DNA from: Eledone cirrhosa
Taxonomy: Eukaryota
Length of the DNA stretch: 64,000 nt
Assembly (NCBI GenBank): GCA_964016885.1
Contig: OZ024750.1
Coordinates: forward strand, 11,842,001-11,906,000
Direction: 5' to 3'
Under the pieces are notes generated by a model, which was given only the letters and a program-made list of their open reading frames with translations, had not been told where the DNA came from and made no database searches. Each line of letters begins with the position of its first letter. Position 1 is the first letter of the stretch. Shown in pieces: positions 37,773-52,335 of the stretch. Both the position numbers and the translations under genes were made by a program.

Positions 37773-40700
37773 TACCTATACATATATTTATATATATATA
37801 TATATACACACACACACATATACATATATTTATATATATACACACACACATATATATATATATATACACACATACATATATACACACACATATACATATA
37901 TTTATATATACACACATACACATATATATATACATGCATATATAGAAAGAGAGAATATAGGACTTGTTTATTTTTTTATGGTACTTATGGAATCTTAGGA
38001 AAAGGACTTGTGTACCAAAGGCCAAATCCTTATATCTTGGAATTTTGGTATAACGAGTATTGATTATATAAGACGAAATTTTGTTTAAGATTACTCAGCT
38101 GTATTGTTATTACAGTTTTCATAGCAGACTCTGTTGCTATCTTCTGATAGAATTCTAGGAATATCTGTGTTCTTTTATGTCTTAAATTTAGGACAAATGT
38201 AGAAACTGCATTTAGAAGAAGAAAAATAAAATCATATTAAGAAATAAATAATTGTTTCTACTTTAGGCACAAGGCCAGCTATTACCCAGTACATTACTGG
38301 TACTTTATTTTATCGACCCCGTAAGGATGAAAGGCAAAGTTAATCTCGGCGGGATTTTAAATAATAATAATGGTTTCTGATTTAAGGCCAACAATTTAGG
38401 GGAGGGGATAGTCAATTAAATCAACCCTAGTGCATGACTGGTATTTTATTTTATCCACTCTATAAGGATGAAAGACAAAGCTAACCTCAATGGGACTTGA
38501 ACTCAGAACATTAAGGGATGTAACTATATGCTGTAAAGCATGTTGTTCAATGCTCTACTGATATAGCCAATCCACCACCCTTATAATAATAATAATAATA
38601 ATAGTGCTGAATTTCCCTGAGAAATACATTGAGGGTGCATGTGTCTGTGGAATGCTCAGCCACTTACATGTTAATTTCATAAGAAAGTTGTTCCATTGAT
38701 TGAATCAAACTGGAGTACTTGTCAAAAATGATAAAATGTAAACAACATAGAGAGAGACTTAAGATAAAGTTTGTGTACAAAGTTTTAGTCTAAATAAAGA
38801 ATATAATAAAACGTTTGAAGTTTCATATAGAATAAAATCAAATATTTTACCAGCTGTGGTGGTTTGATCATGACTTCTACAATCAATTGCTAAAAGTTTA
38901 CTTTATATATATAAAAGACTCTAGTGTTGCTGCTAAGATAAAATATCCTCGGTCCCCATTGTAGAAGTGGCTGGGATTAGCAAGGCTGTTCAGCTGTAGA
39001 AGTGGATGAGGTTAGCAACGGTGTTCAGCTGTAGAAGTGGATGAGGTTAGCAATGGTGTTCAGCTGTAGAAGTGGATGAGGTTAGCAACGGTGTTCAGCT
39101 GTAGAAGTGGATGAGGTTAGCAATGGTGTTCAGCTGTAGAAGTGGATGAGGTTAGCAACGGTGTTCAGCTGTAGAAGTGGATGAGGTTAGCAACAGTGTT
39201 CAGCTGTAGAAGTGGATGAGGTTAGCAACGGTGTTCAGCTGTAGAAGTGGATGAGGTTAGCAACGGTGTTTAGCTGTAGAAGTGGATGAGGTTAGCAACG
39301 GTGTTCAGCTGTAGAAGTGGATGAGGTTAGCAACGGTGTTCAGCTGTAGAAGTGGATGAGGTTAGCAACAGTGTTCAGCTGTAGAAGTGGATGAGGTTAG
39401 CAACAGTGTTCAGCTGTAGAAGTGGATGAGGTTAGCAACGGTGTTCAGCTGTAGAAGTGGATGAGGTTAGCAACGGTGTTCAGCTGTAGAAGTGGATGAG
39501 GTTAGCAACGGTGTTCAGCTGTAGAAGTGGATGAGGTTAGCAACGGTGTTCAGCTGTAGAAGTGGATGAGGTTAGCAACGGTGTTCAGCTGTAGAAGTGG
39601 ATGAGGTTAGCAACGGTGTTCAGCTGTAGAAGTGGATGAGGTTAGCAACAGTGTTCAGCTGTAGAAGTGGATGAGGTTAGCAACGGTGTTCAGCTGTAAA
39701 AAAAACTCTGCCAAAAATAAAATGTTATGTACCACAAAGTTGGCTGGTTTTCCTCTGTAGCTATGTGTGCCAGATTGCTACAAGCAACAAGGTACTGTGT
39801 GATCTATCAAACCCTTACAAGCATGGAAAAAATGGACATCAAAAATTGATGGTGCCTGGTCGATTCTAAAAATTACTATCCTTATTTATTTTTTAGCTTA
39901 ATTAATCAGAAAGTCTTTTATTTTAATCATAATTTAGCTGTGTTTTTTGTTGTACTTGCAAATATCAATTCTGGTTAAAAGAAATAATTCTTCTATTGGT
40001 TCATAAACCTTCCTTAGATGTTAGCATTAATAGCAAGAGTTTGTCTATTTGCTATTTGAATATCCTAAAATGTGTTTTTTACTGAGATCCTCTTGCCTGT
40101 ATCAAACACTCTGTTCCATTGTTTCACCAGTTTGATTGTATTTCATCTATAGTTTATACTTTATCATAACATTAATAAATGATGTACGGAATACACTAGA
40201 ACAATAACATAGCTACCAACAAGCCAGTTTTACAAGCTGATTCCAGTTTCTAATTAATGTCAGTCCCTTTAGTTGTGTCACTTTGAAACACTGTAAAATA
40301 TAAGGTCTTTGTTTTCTGCTCAAAAGAACCCATTATACAAATAACAGAGGAATTGTTTGTTTGTTTGTTTTGTTGTTTTTTCAGTCATTTTATTATAATT
40401 TATTTATTTTTCTAGATTCTATGTGGAATCTATAGCACATCTTCGTGATAAGCCTGCAATAGAGCTGTTTTATTTGAATGCCAAGCAAGCAATATATAAG
40501 GTATGTTTAAACTTTATTATTTACCATGCTTCTATAACAAAGCTCTCTGCTACATTTATTGATACCAAGAAATAAATCATGAAATATCCAGCTGAATTTT
40601 CCAATCAAACTGTGGTATGTTAATTCAACATCTTTTTTTTTATTACTGAGAACAAATGCAGTTGCTTGTTTATTAAAAAAAATCCCTAATCATATGACCA

Positions 40701-41584
40701 TTTAATATATTATCAAAAGAAAAAAAAAACAATTTTCATGCAAATTTAAGGATTCTTTAAGTCTAAATAAGTTTGTTACAATTTCTATCTCTTGTTACTC
40801 ATGTTTCCCTTATAAATATTTTGGCTTTTCATTATCTGTTGTTGATATGGTGTTAAGGTATGTGTATCCCATGACAGACATCTTCTTACACATACACACA
40901 GCTGTCATCTGGTTAGTTAAACTCACACAGTTGACATCTGGCTAGTTAAACTCACACAGCTGACATCTAGCTAGTTAAAGTCATACAGCTGACATCTGGC
41001 TAGTTATTTCCACCAATCTATAGTTCAGACAAACTGAAAAAGAGAGAATTAAACACCATTATTCCCTGCTTTATATATTTAACAATACAAACATTAATAA
41101 GAACAACAACATTAACACTCAGACAGTGAAGGAGTTTATTGCTTCATGAAATAAATCATTTTAAAAAATATTTATCTTCAATTTCATTAAATTTTGAAGT
41201 AAGTTTCTGTTGTCTGTTGAAAATTTAACTTTTTATTTTAGTGTACATTGTCAGTTAATTATTTTGCTTTTCTTTGACTAAGTTAGGGTTTTTTGTTCTC
41301 TTTTCCAGGGCCTTCTTGAGTGTGATAGTGAAACAGTATTTGAACTTGCAGCTTATGTATTACAAATAACTTATGGAAATTTTACAACGTAAGCTTTAAT
41401 TTTTTTTTGTTATTGTCATTAAGTAAAGTATTTATTGTCATTAAGTAAAGTATTTATTGTCATTAAGTAAAGTATTTATTGTCATTAAGTAAAGTATTTA
41501 TTGTCATTAAGTAAAGTATTTATTGTCATAAAGTAAAATATATATTATCATTAAGTTAAAGTATTTATTGTCATTAAGTAAAGC

Positions 41585-41651
<67 letters not shown>

Positions 41652-44358
41652 AATAGAATTTAGATTAAAACTTTCTGAAACAAAATGTTAATATAAAGAA
41701 TGTTGTGATCATGTGTGGAGAGATGCTATAAAATAGCTTATAAATTAGGGTGGGAAACCTTAAAGACGGGGGAAAGAAGTTGCCATCGGCTGCTACGAGG
41801 AATTGAACCCCGTATTTCAGTTTAAAGTGCCTAGCTGGTATCTGGGAGATACCTCCACAACCTGACACCTGTTCCCTCTCTTTGATTAATGTCTCTCTCA
41901 AGCTATTACCATAACCTAGCACTTGCTCTCTCAGCAAGCAACATATATCTGCCACTGATCCTACTTTCTCATTTAAATATTAAGTCAGACAGATTTTGAC
42001 TAAAGAAAAATTCCTTGAATCGGTAAAAGCTAAAGAATTATAAACTAAGGGGAATAACTGTGGCTGGTTAAGTTTTGTAGTCAAATATTAGACCTGTTAA
42101 GGCCAAGTATATTTCTGAATATAAAAAAACATTTAATTAGCCCAACTTAAAACCAGTCTTGTTTTTTTATTGTTTTTTTTTTATCATTAAATACTTAATA
42201 TAGATTAGGTTAGATCACTTTGATTTATATATTCCATTTCTATTCCCCAAAGGAGTGATGGACTATATAGTTTTAATAATTGTCAAACAAATGTTTTAAA
42301 ATGATATAATTAGTTATAATTAGTGTTTGGGCAGTGGTTTGGCAGTAGAATCGGTAGAGCGTCGGACAACATGCTTTGCGGCATAGAATTCCGGCTCTTT
42401 ACGTTTTGAGTTCAAATCCTGCCGAGATTAACTTTCCCTTCTATCCTTACGGGGTTGATAAAATAAAATACCAGTGATGCACTGCCAATCCACCACCCTG
42501 GGTTTATAATAGAAAGGAGAATAATAATAATACTCCCACTATGATGGTAATAATAATAATACTCCCACTATGATGGTAATAATAATAATACTCCCACTAT
42601 GATGGTAATAAGGATAATACTCCCATTGTGATGGTAATAATAATAATACTCTCACTATAATGGAAATAGTGATAATACTCCCACTATGATGGTAATAATG
42701 ATAATACTCCCACTATAATGGTAATAATGATAATGATAATAACAATAACACTACCACTATGATGGTAATAATTTTGTAATTGTTTAAACATGGTGGTATG
42801 GTTGTAATGTATGTATTTATTCATTTATATTTTTCTTTAGGGTGGAAAATGCTCGCGAAGATTTGAAAAAATTATATGTTGTCCCAACACGAACTTTACA
42901 CGAACATCCTTCTCTTGGCTACTGGTATGTAAAATATTTTGATATATATTTTATGAAAGTTCTTTTCCTCTATTATTTCATGAATTTATTGAGAAGCTAT
43001 GTTAGTGATTATTGATTATTGACTTGTGAATTCAGAGAATTTTATTATGTAGAGAATTTTATTATGTTTTTAATAAATTAAAAAAGTATTATCTTTTTAC
43101 TCATATATAGTTTGAATCCTAAGTGATAAATAAAGTTGAAAAAATAGTTTTTATAAGACCAATGTATTTCAATTAATTGTGAAAATAATTAAAAGTTTTG
43201 AGGGATTTAGTAAAATAATTTTTTCATTAGTATGCTAGTGTTTGGAGTATAACTTAATGAAAAAAATTCTAACTTAAAATTATGTTGCATGTATGAACAC
43301 TTCAACAGCATAAAACTAGGGGAGGTTTCACGCAGGTTGGTACCTAAAGGCTTAAACTATGTGATGCTACTACATGTATATGTGTTAGTGTGTGTGTATA
43401 CAGAGAGGTGATTGGTAACTGTGCTTGTGTGTATTTTCCTATTTGTATTTATATATATTTCTTATTTCAGTGAAGAACGTGTTTTATTCCATTACCAAAA
43501 GATTGAAGGAACTTCAAGAGGTCTTTCTATTGTTAAGTAAGTTTTATACTTTTATTACATTACTATACGACTAAAAAGTCTAAAGTCTGTCTTAAGCCAG
43601 AAGGCTCATTTGGCCAGTGCTTATCCCAGTTTCATGGCGTGAAGCAACTGAGAGTACAAGACTCCCCCCTGGACCAGACGCCAGTCTATCACAGGGTTAA
43701 ACCCCCAGCTATTGTTGGTACTCATTTTCAGCTGAGTATACTGAAGCGACGTGAAATGAAGTGTTTTGCTCAAGAACACAACACGCAATCCAGGAATCAA
43801 ACCCACGACATTATGATTGTAAGTCCAACACCCTTACCACTAGGCCACATACCTCCACACTATACTACTAAGGGTAGGGAATTGGCAAAATCGCTAGAGC
43901 GTCGGACAACATGCTTTGTGGCATAAAGTTACAGCCTTTTACATTCTCAGTTCAAATCCTGCTGAAGTTAGTTTTGTCTGTTGCCCTTATGGGGTCGATA
44001 AATAAAGTATCTGTAATGAACGCATGAAAAAATAGACATTAAACAGTGGTGATGATGATAACGATGGTATATTTTTTGTCTTTTTCCAGTTATATGACAA
44101 TATGTGAAAGCCTGCCTACGTATGGTATTCACTACTATGAAGTAAAAGTAAGTTACACATGCTTTTCAAATGTTTCCTTCTCAAGTAATGTCTCCTTCTC
44201 TCTCTCTCTCTATTGTATTTCTACTTTATCTTCAAATAGAAGAATAACTTTATTTCTGTTTATATCTTATAATATCCACATTGAGACAGATCACATAACT
44301 TCCCCCTGACAATTATATATTCTTTACTTTATCCTGTTCCTTAGTGTAACTTTATCAG

Positions 44359-44411
<53 letters not shown>

Positions 44412-47400
44412 ATGATCCTAATGCAGCATGTTTGGTGAGAAAATACCAAACATGTTCACACTTTCCTTTGCTTCTAAGGTTTGAAATGAGTAAATGTAGG
44501 TTGAGAAAAGCTTGGGAAAAATTGCATTTAGATGTTAGGATGTTAATTCTGATAGATCAAATATGTTAATAGAGAACCAGGTTGATGGATGTTAGTTGTA
44601 AATTAAACCTGCCTGTCCAATATATGTCAGTTTAGAATAATGAATGGTAGATGTGGGTCAAACTAACCCCATCAAGTTTATGTCAACTTAGAATAATTGT
44701 CTCTACTTTTGGCACAATGCCAGCAATTATCTCAGTGCATTACTGGTACTTTAATGGACTTTAGCTGTGAGTTGAACCAGCCCTGTCCAATATATGTTAA
44801 TATGGAATAATGGACTTTAACTGAGTTAAACCAGTCTGTCCTGTATATGTTGGTATGGAATAATAAACTTTAAACTACTAGTGGTGGATGTAGTGTGTTA
44901 AATTTAATCTTTAATTAACGCCTTTTTAGTGAATTGATAATATCTTGTATTTTTAAATCATGTATTCGATTACATTTTCAAGAATCTAAATGGTGTAAAA
45001 GTATTTTTTTAAATCAAAATTCTAAAGTATTAAGACCCTATTTTTCTATTATTCAATTTCCAGGATAAAAAAGACATTCCATGGTGGCTTGGAATTAGCC
45101 ATAGAGGTATCTCCGTATATGATAAAACAGACAAACAGACACCACGAAAGGTATGCCATATTTTACTGTTATAGTTTGATGAATTTATTAAAATTATTGT
45201 GTACAGTGCTCAGGTGCACTACAAGTCTTTCTTAAGAAATATGGTAACAAAAGTGTTAATATATATCTAGGTAAGGTAGACTTCCAGATGTTGATTCTTG
45301 TAAACCATTTTTCTACTAAATTGACTGAATCTAGTATAATGCATTTTGACTAAGGACACAGCATAACTTCTGTATTACTGTTTGAACTAAATAATTTTGT
45401 GTTAATCTATCTAGTATTTTAACAACAGCTACTCTATTTCTAAATATTGATCACACACATTAGAATTAACCTTAACCCTTTAGCATTTAAACCAGCCATA
45501 TCCGGCCGGAACTCTATCACCTCTTTCTGTTCAAACTGGTGGTAACTTGCCGCTCATACTGACTTTAAGGTATTGTTCTCAAAATAAATAACATCAAAAT
45601 CTCATAGATTCGATATTATGTGAGATAAAGCCTTTACCATAGAAATACAATAGTATATATAGAGTAATGTAAATGCTAAAGGGTTAAGGTGTTAATCAAT
45701 AAAAGTAGTAAAGTGTTGTAAATATACATACGTGCACATGCACATATTAATAACCAAGCATGTATATCATCATCACCATTGTATAGTGTCTATTATTCAT
45801 GCTTGCATGGGTTAAACTGATTGTCATGTTCTGAAGTTAGACCAGTCAGATAACCATATCTTGTTCACATGTTCCATATTTGGTTTACTTTCTACTGCTT
45901 GATTCCCATAACACCAACCATTTTACAGCATGTATTGGGTGGGAGCATCTGCACTACCACTTTACTGGGTGGGTTGGGTGTATTTTATCAGGGTACCAAC
46001 ACAATATATATGGACACATGTATATGTATGTATATCTTGATTCCATTATTGTGAATAGAGGCTAACATTAGCTGTAGTATAGAATTGACCCACTGTAAGA
46101 AGTTGATATGGTAATAAAGAGGTTTTTGTGTCTTATGTTGAAATGTTATTCTAAACATTGTTCTGCTGTCAAAGTTGGAATACTGTAGCTTGATAATGTC
46201 TGCAGTCTCCTTCTACTGTCCTTTGACTTTATTGTGAAATAGGTTGCCTCTGGGTAGATAAGAAATCTTGATACTAAACTGAAGAGGTTTATATGATAAG
46301 CAAGAAGGGTGTGATATATATATATATATATATATCCAAATTTCACAATTGCCAGCTTTGTTGATGTAATTGTTGGTGGGGTTACCAGAATTGTTAGGGT
46401 ATGTAAGGACAAAATCCCTTGCAGTATTTATATTTTTGGTTCCAACTCTTCAATTTCTGGGTTCAAATCCTGTGACAATCAGCTGAAATTGATAAAAATA
46501 TATCATCATCATCATCATTACATTGACTTTTCTATGCTGGCATGGGTTGGATGGAAACTTTTGAGTTTTGAGGCAATGTTTTACAGCCAGATTTTACATA
46601 CTGAGTTCTTAGAGGTACATTAATGGTACATCATATTTCTGTGGAATACTCAGCCACGAGAGGTGCATTAAAGGTACACCATATGTCTGTGGAATACTCA
46701 GCCATGAGAGGTACATTAATGGTACATCATATTTCTGTGGAATACTCAGCCACGAGAGGTGCATTAAAGGTACACCATATGTCTGTGGAATACTCAGCCA
46801 TGAGAGGTGCATTAAAGGTACACCATATTTCTGTGGAATACTCAGCCACGAGAGGTGCATTAAAGGTACACCATATTTCTGTGGAATACTCAGCCACGAG
46901 AGGTGCATTAAAGGTACACCATATTTCTGTGGAATACTCAGCCATGTTAATTTAATGAGTAAGCAGTTCTTTTGATGAAACATCTGAAACACTTGGGGGC
47001 AACACCAATGGGGGCAGCTTACTTTACTAACTGAAGAGATAATAAAAAAGGTTTGTTTTTCTTTTCTGTATTCTGTTTGTACATGTGTTCCTTGCTGCAC
47101 ACATGCACATGGTGTTCCCGTCTGTACCCATGCACATGGTGTTCCTGTCTGTACCCATGCACATGGTGTTTATGTAAACATATCATCATCATATGCCCAC
47201 TTTTCCCTGCTTGCAAAGGTGGGACGGGTCCTATTCAGCGCAGCATCTCTCCATTCATCACGGTCCTTTGTCAATTATCTAATAAAATATGTTTTCCCTC
47301 CTATAACAGATATTCCACTGGAAACAGTTAGAGAATCTATACTACCGAGAGAAAAAGTTCTCTGTAGAGGTCCATGACCCCAAACGGTAAGTTTATTATA

Positions 47401-47771
47401 GCATTCATATATTTCCTTATATATCTTATTGTTGTTTATCTTGATAAAAATACTTTCATTGCATGGAGCATCTCTGACTGTGGCATGTCTGTTAATAGAT
47501 CTTATATTAATAGTAGTAGTAGTAGTTCTAGTAGTAGTAGTTGTAGTAATTTCCTTTTTCTTTTACCAACTGAATGAAATCATTGTAATGCATTCAGTTG
47601 CTGTTGTTGTTGTTGGTAGTTGTAGCCATCTTTGGGACTACCATTTATACCATTAGAACAGATTAGAAACTGTTCTTGTCTGCCTTTGTCTTTCTTTCTT
47701 TTCATATTTTAGATTTTATTCTATTTACACTTCTCTTGCCTTCCAGTTTATATATACACTAAATATATTTA

Positions 47772-47844
<73 letters not shown>

Positions 47845-50800
47845 CACTATAAATATAAAGAGAAACATCAGATATTTTTTTTTTTTAAATACTAATAAAC
47901 TACTGTTGCATATCTACCTCTTTCTCTTAATTTCTTTCTCTCTCTTTTATCTCCTCTCACCTTATGTCTCTCTCTCTTTCTCACTCTCTCTCTTTCTCTC
48001 TCTCTCTCACTATCTCTCTTTCACCTTCTCTCTCAACCACAATGCTATCCCCATATACACTAATTAATGACACTGAGAGAGATATATTTCATTATTGATG
48101 CATTAAACAGCATGTGTCTGTGTCATCTATGTGTTGAGGTATATGTTAAGGTATAATGTTTATAAGCAGTACAAGTTTTTACCCATCACTGTCATGTGTA
48201 ACTGAATACATTTAGACAAATGTCTTGTTTATATCTCTGTGGACAGAAAAAAAAAAAGAGTTGGCTCAGTAGTAAGGTGTTGGACGTACGATCGTAATGT
48301 AATGGGTTCGATTCCTGGACTGGGTTACATGTTCAGGGGTGAGTCTTGTACTCTCCATTACTTCATGCCATGGAAACCAGGACAAGCATTGGCCTGATGA
48401 GCCTCTGGGCTTGAGACAGACTTTAGATTAGCCTGATCTTGTTTCAATACTACTTGGAATCTCTTCAGAGGCTGTTCCCTCACCTTTGTCTATCTACAGA
48501 GACAGATATGACTTATACTTATTCAGAACCAGTATCATGACTTCATTAAAGTGGTTTATTCTATTTTCATTATTACTGCTTTCACTAAGGGTGGTGGATT
48601 GGCAGCATCGGTAGAGCATCAGACAACATGCCTACATGCTTTACGGCATATAATTATGGCCCTTTACGTTCTGATTTCAAATCCTGCCGAGGTTAGCTTT
48701 GCTTTTCTTCCTTACAGGGTATCAAAAGTTGTACAGCTCTGGATAAAAAAGTTGTACAGCTCTGGATAAAAAAGTTGTACAGCTCTAGATAAAAAAAGTT
48801 GTACAGCTCTAGATAAAAAAAGTTGTACAGCTTTGGATAGAAAAGTTGTACAGCTCTGGATAAAAAAGTTGTACAGCTTTGGATAAAAAAGTTGTACAGC
48901 TCTAGATAAAAAAGTTGTACAGCTCTAGATAAAAAAGTTGTACAGCTCTAGATAAAAAAGTTGTACAGCTCTAGATAAAAAAAGTTGTACAGCTTTGGAT
49001 AGAAAAGTTGTACAGCTCTGGATAAAAAAGTTGTACAGCTTTGGATAGAAAAGTTGTACAGCTTTGGATAAAAAAGTTGTACAGCTCTAGATAAAAAAAG
49101 TTGTACAGCTCTGGATAAAAAAGTTGTACAGCTCTAGATAAAAAAAGTTGTACAGCTCTGGATAAAAAAGTTGTACAGCTCTAGATAAAAAAAGTTGTAC
49201 AGCTTTGGATAGAAAAGTTGTACAGCTTTGGATAAAAAAGTTGTACAGCTCTAGATAAAAAAAGTTGTACAGCTCTGGATAAAAAAGTTGTACAGCTCTA
49301 GATAAAAAAGTTGTACAGCTCTAGATAAAAAAGTTGTACAGCTCTAGATAAAAAAGTTGTACAGCTCTAGATAAAAAAAGTTGTACAGCTTTGGATAGAA
49401 AAGTTGTACAGCTTTGGATAAAAAAGTTGTACAGGATTGGGTAAAAAGTTGTACAGCCTAAATGTATATTTGAAAGATTTATTTCTAATAGAAATAATGA
49501 CTTTAATATATAATAGGACAAGTTCTGTGATTTAATATTTAGAGAAAGTTATATGAAGAAGGATGTTTTATAAATGTTAATAGCAATAATTAAGTGGTTA
49601 TTCTGCTAATATGATAAGATTTTGTCAAAGAAAGTTCATAGCCTAGTTTCACCTTTAAATTCCATTTATCTGACTAATACTCTTTAAAATAATAAGTTCA
49701 ACATCATCATCATCATCATCATGACAATATCTCATCATTATAGTTATGTAAAGCTATTAAATATTGTGACTTCACTAAATCAGTTAGTCTGATTTGCAGC
49801 ATACTGCAAAGCATAGCATCTGACCCTCTACCGATACTGTTAATCCACCACATATCTTGATAATTAATTGTTTCTACTTTTGGCACAATGCCAGCAATTA
49901 TCCCAGTGTATTACTGGTACTTTATTTTATCGACCCCGTAAGGATGAAAGGCAAAGTTAACCTCAGCGGGATTTGAACTCAGAATGACAAGGACTGTAAC
50001 TCTTTGTTGCAAAGCATGGCGTCCAACCCTCTACCGATACTGCCAATCCACCGCCTTGATAATTAATTGTGTCTACTTTTGGCACAAAGCCAGCAATTAT
50101 CCCAGTGTATTACTGGTACTTTATTTTATCGACCCCGAAAGGATGAAAGGCAAAGTTAACCTCGGCGGGATTTGAACTCAGTCCGTAAAGGGATATAATT
50201 AATGGCAGTAGGATAGGATAGAGTAGAATATAATATGATTGGTCAGAACAGGATAAAAAGACAGAAGTAATTTGCTTATTCTAAAATATCCAATTTCTGT
50301 TTGTATTTGTCTGTCCTCATGACAACACAGCTTTGATTTAAATTTGTTGGTGGCATTTAGGAAAAACTGTTAATTTGAAACTTATTTCCAAATTTTATTT
50401 TTTTAATATAAACTATTAATTATAATATACAGACTGAGGAAACTGACAGTAAATAACTACCCCCAAAATTGTTTATAGATGGTTAGTTTGAAAGTTATTA
50501 AAACTTGTCTGAACTGATATTCTTACAGGATATTTATATAATTACATTATATTATTGTTATTTTGGGGAAAAAGAGAGAAAAAAAAAAATGCTAACTTTT
50601 GAAAAAAAATGTTAGCATTAAAAGTATATTAATTCAAATGTCTTTAAAAAAACCAAACTGGTGACATTTTCTGGATCTTTTACTCTGATGACATACATGT
50701 CTACGTTTAGCTTCAACATTTGAGATTTTAACATTTTAATATAAGACTACACTTTTCTCTGGTTTTTAATATCTACCCTCCTCTCATTATTTTTGTATAT

Positions 50801-52295
50801 CGGTAGATGTGTATGTGTGTGTATCACATAAGTTGTGCATATATTGATCTGAAGGAAGAGTGGTGAAGATGATGGATTTAGTCCAAGTTTGCCAACTAAG
50901 ATCTCGTCCAGGAACCCTACATTTAACCGTTTAGCATTTAAGCCGTCCATATCCAGCCAGAATTCTCACCCCTTTCTGTTCAAACCGGCCATAACTGGCC
51001 GGTCATACTGACGTTAAGATATTGTTCTCAAAATAAATAACATCAAAATCTTGTAGATTTAATATTATGTGGGATAATTATGTAAGATAAAGCCTTTACC
51101 ACAAAAATTCAATATTAAATATAGAGTAATGTAAATGGTAAAGGGTTAAACTAGCCAGCTTTGATCTTCTCACAAAGCAATGGGTGTCCCTTAATCAGAT
51201 CTACGCAACACATGCCAGGACAGCCCATCATCTCTCCATCAATGGAAAATGAAAGACAGCTCAGCATGTGAAATAGGGACCCTGACCAGACAGTACTGCA
51301 TATTGTTCGGGATTAGCCCCCCCCCCCCCCCCCATATTTTTCTGGCAGCCTGGAGGCAATCCAGGTCACATCACATTGATACAATATAAATAAACATGAT
51401 GATGGTGAGTGGGAGGATAATTAGACCTCAATATAATAAAGATAAACATCAAACATGAGGAAGAGGAGGAGGAAGAGTAAAGAATGGTGAGGTTGTGGTG
51501 GACATGTTTGATATGTTATGACTTTATTTGGTATGTAGACATCTGTTGAAGCTCCCTTTTTCTGATGATATATTTGACAAGCATTCCAAGTTGAACAGGA
51601 AAGAGAGCGAATACAACACTATACACACATATTGTAGTGTGTGTATAATACAATATACACACTACAATATATACAACAATATATACAGTATATATTGCTA
51701 CTGTTTTACATATTAGTCACTTATTAGACATTTTTTTTGTCAACTTCCTTTGTTTAGTCTGACACATTTTCTATGAATAGATGAAATATATAAATCTTCT
51801 TCATCATCATTGTCATCATTATCATCACCAACACCATCATCATCACCTCCCCCCCCCCGCGCCCACCCCCTCTCTCTCAGAAATCAGCTTTGATCAAACC
51901 TGGAGAGGGCTGGGGGTTTTCCAGGTTTAGTATGCCCAAGAAACCCCAAATGTCACAGCCCCCTCCTCACCTCTACAATCCCAATACAAGTTATAGATCC
52001 ATACATATGTAATATCATCATTATCATCATCGTGGTAATTTAACATCTGGTCCCCCCCCCCCCCCCTACTAACAAGAGTTGGATTAGTCATCAGTTCTTA
52101 TTTGGTTCTGCTGATCTTTTAGATGGGGGTGGGGCTGGAGGGGGACACATGTCGCTTACATACATGCATGCACTCTACAGAGTGTACCAGGTGTATTATC
52201 AAGATCAAGTCACCAGCACTAGAGAGGCAGTCATGTCCCTGACACAGATGAAGAATTTTACTGGCCCTTTGACAAGTTAAAATGTGTGTATGTGA

Positions 52296-52335
<40 letters not shown>

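Noticed and set aside
37495-38025. ORFs of 130-167 aa rich in Y/I/H/T
   Set aside because: (TA)n/(CA)n microsatellite translations.
48390-48422. Hammerhead-like CTGATGAGCC..GGC motif
   Set aside because: No GAAA box, and other copies of this SINE tail (26300, 43590-43615) do not keep CTGATGA.
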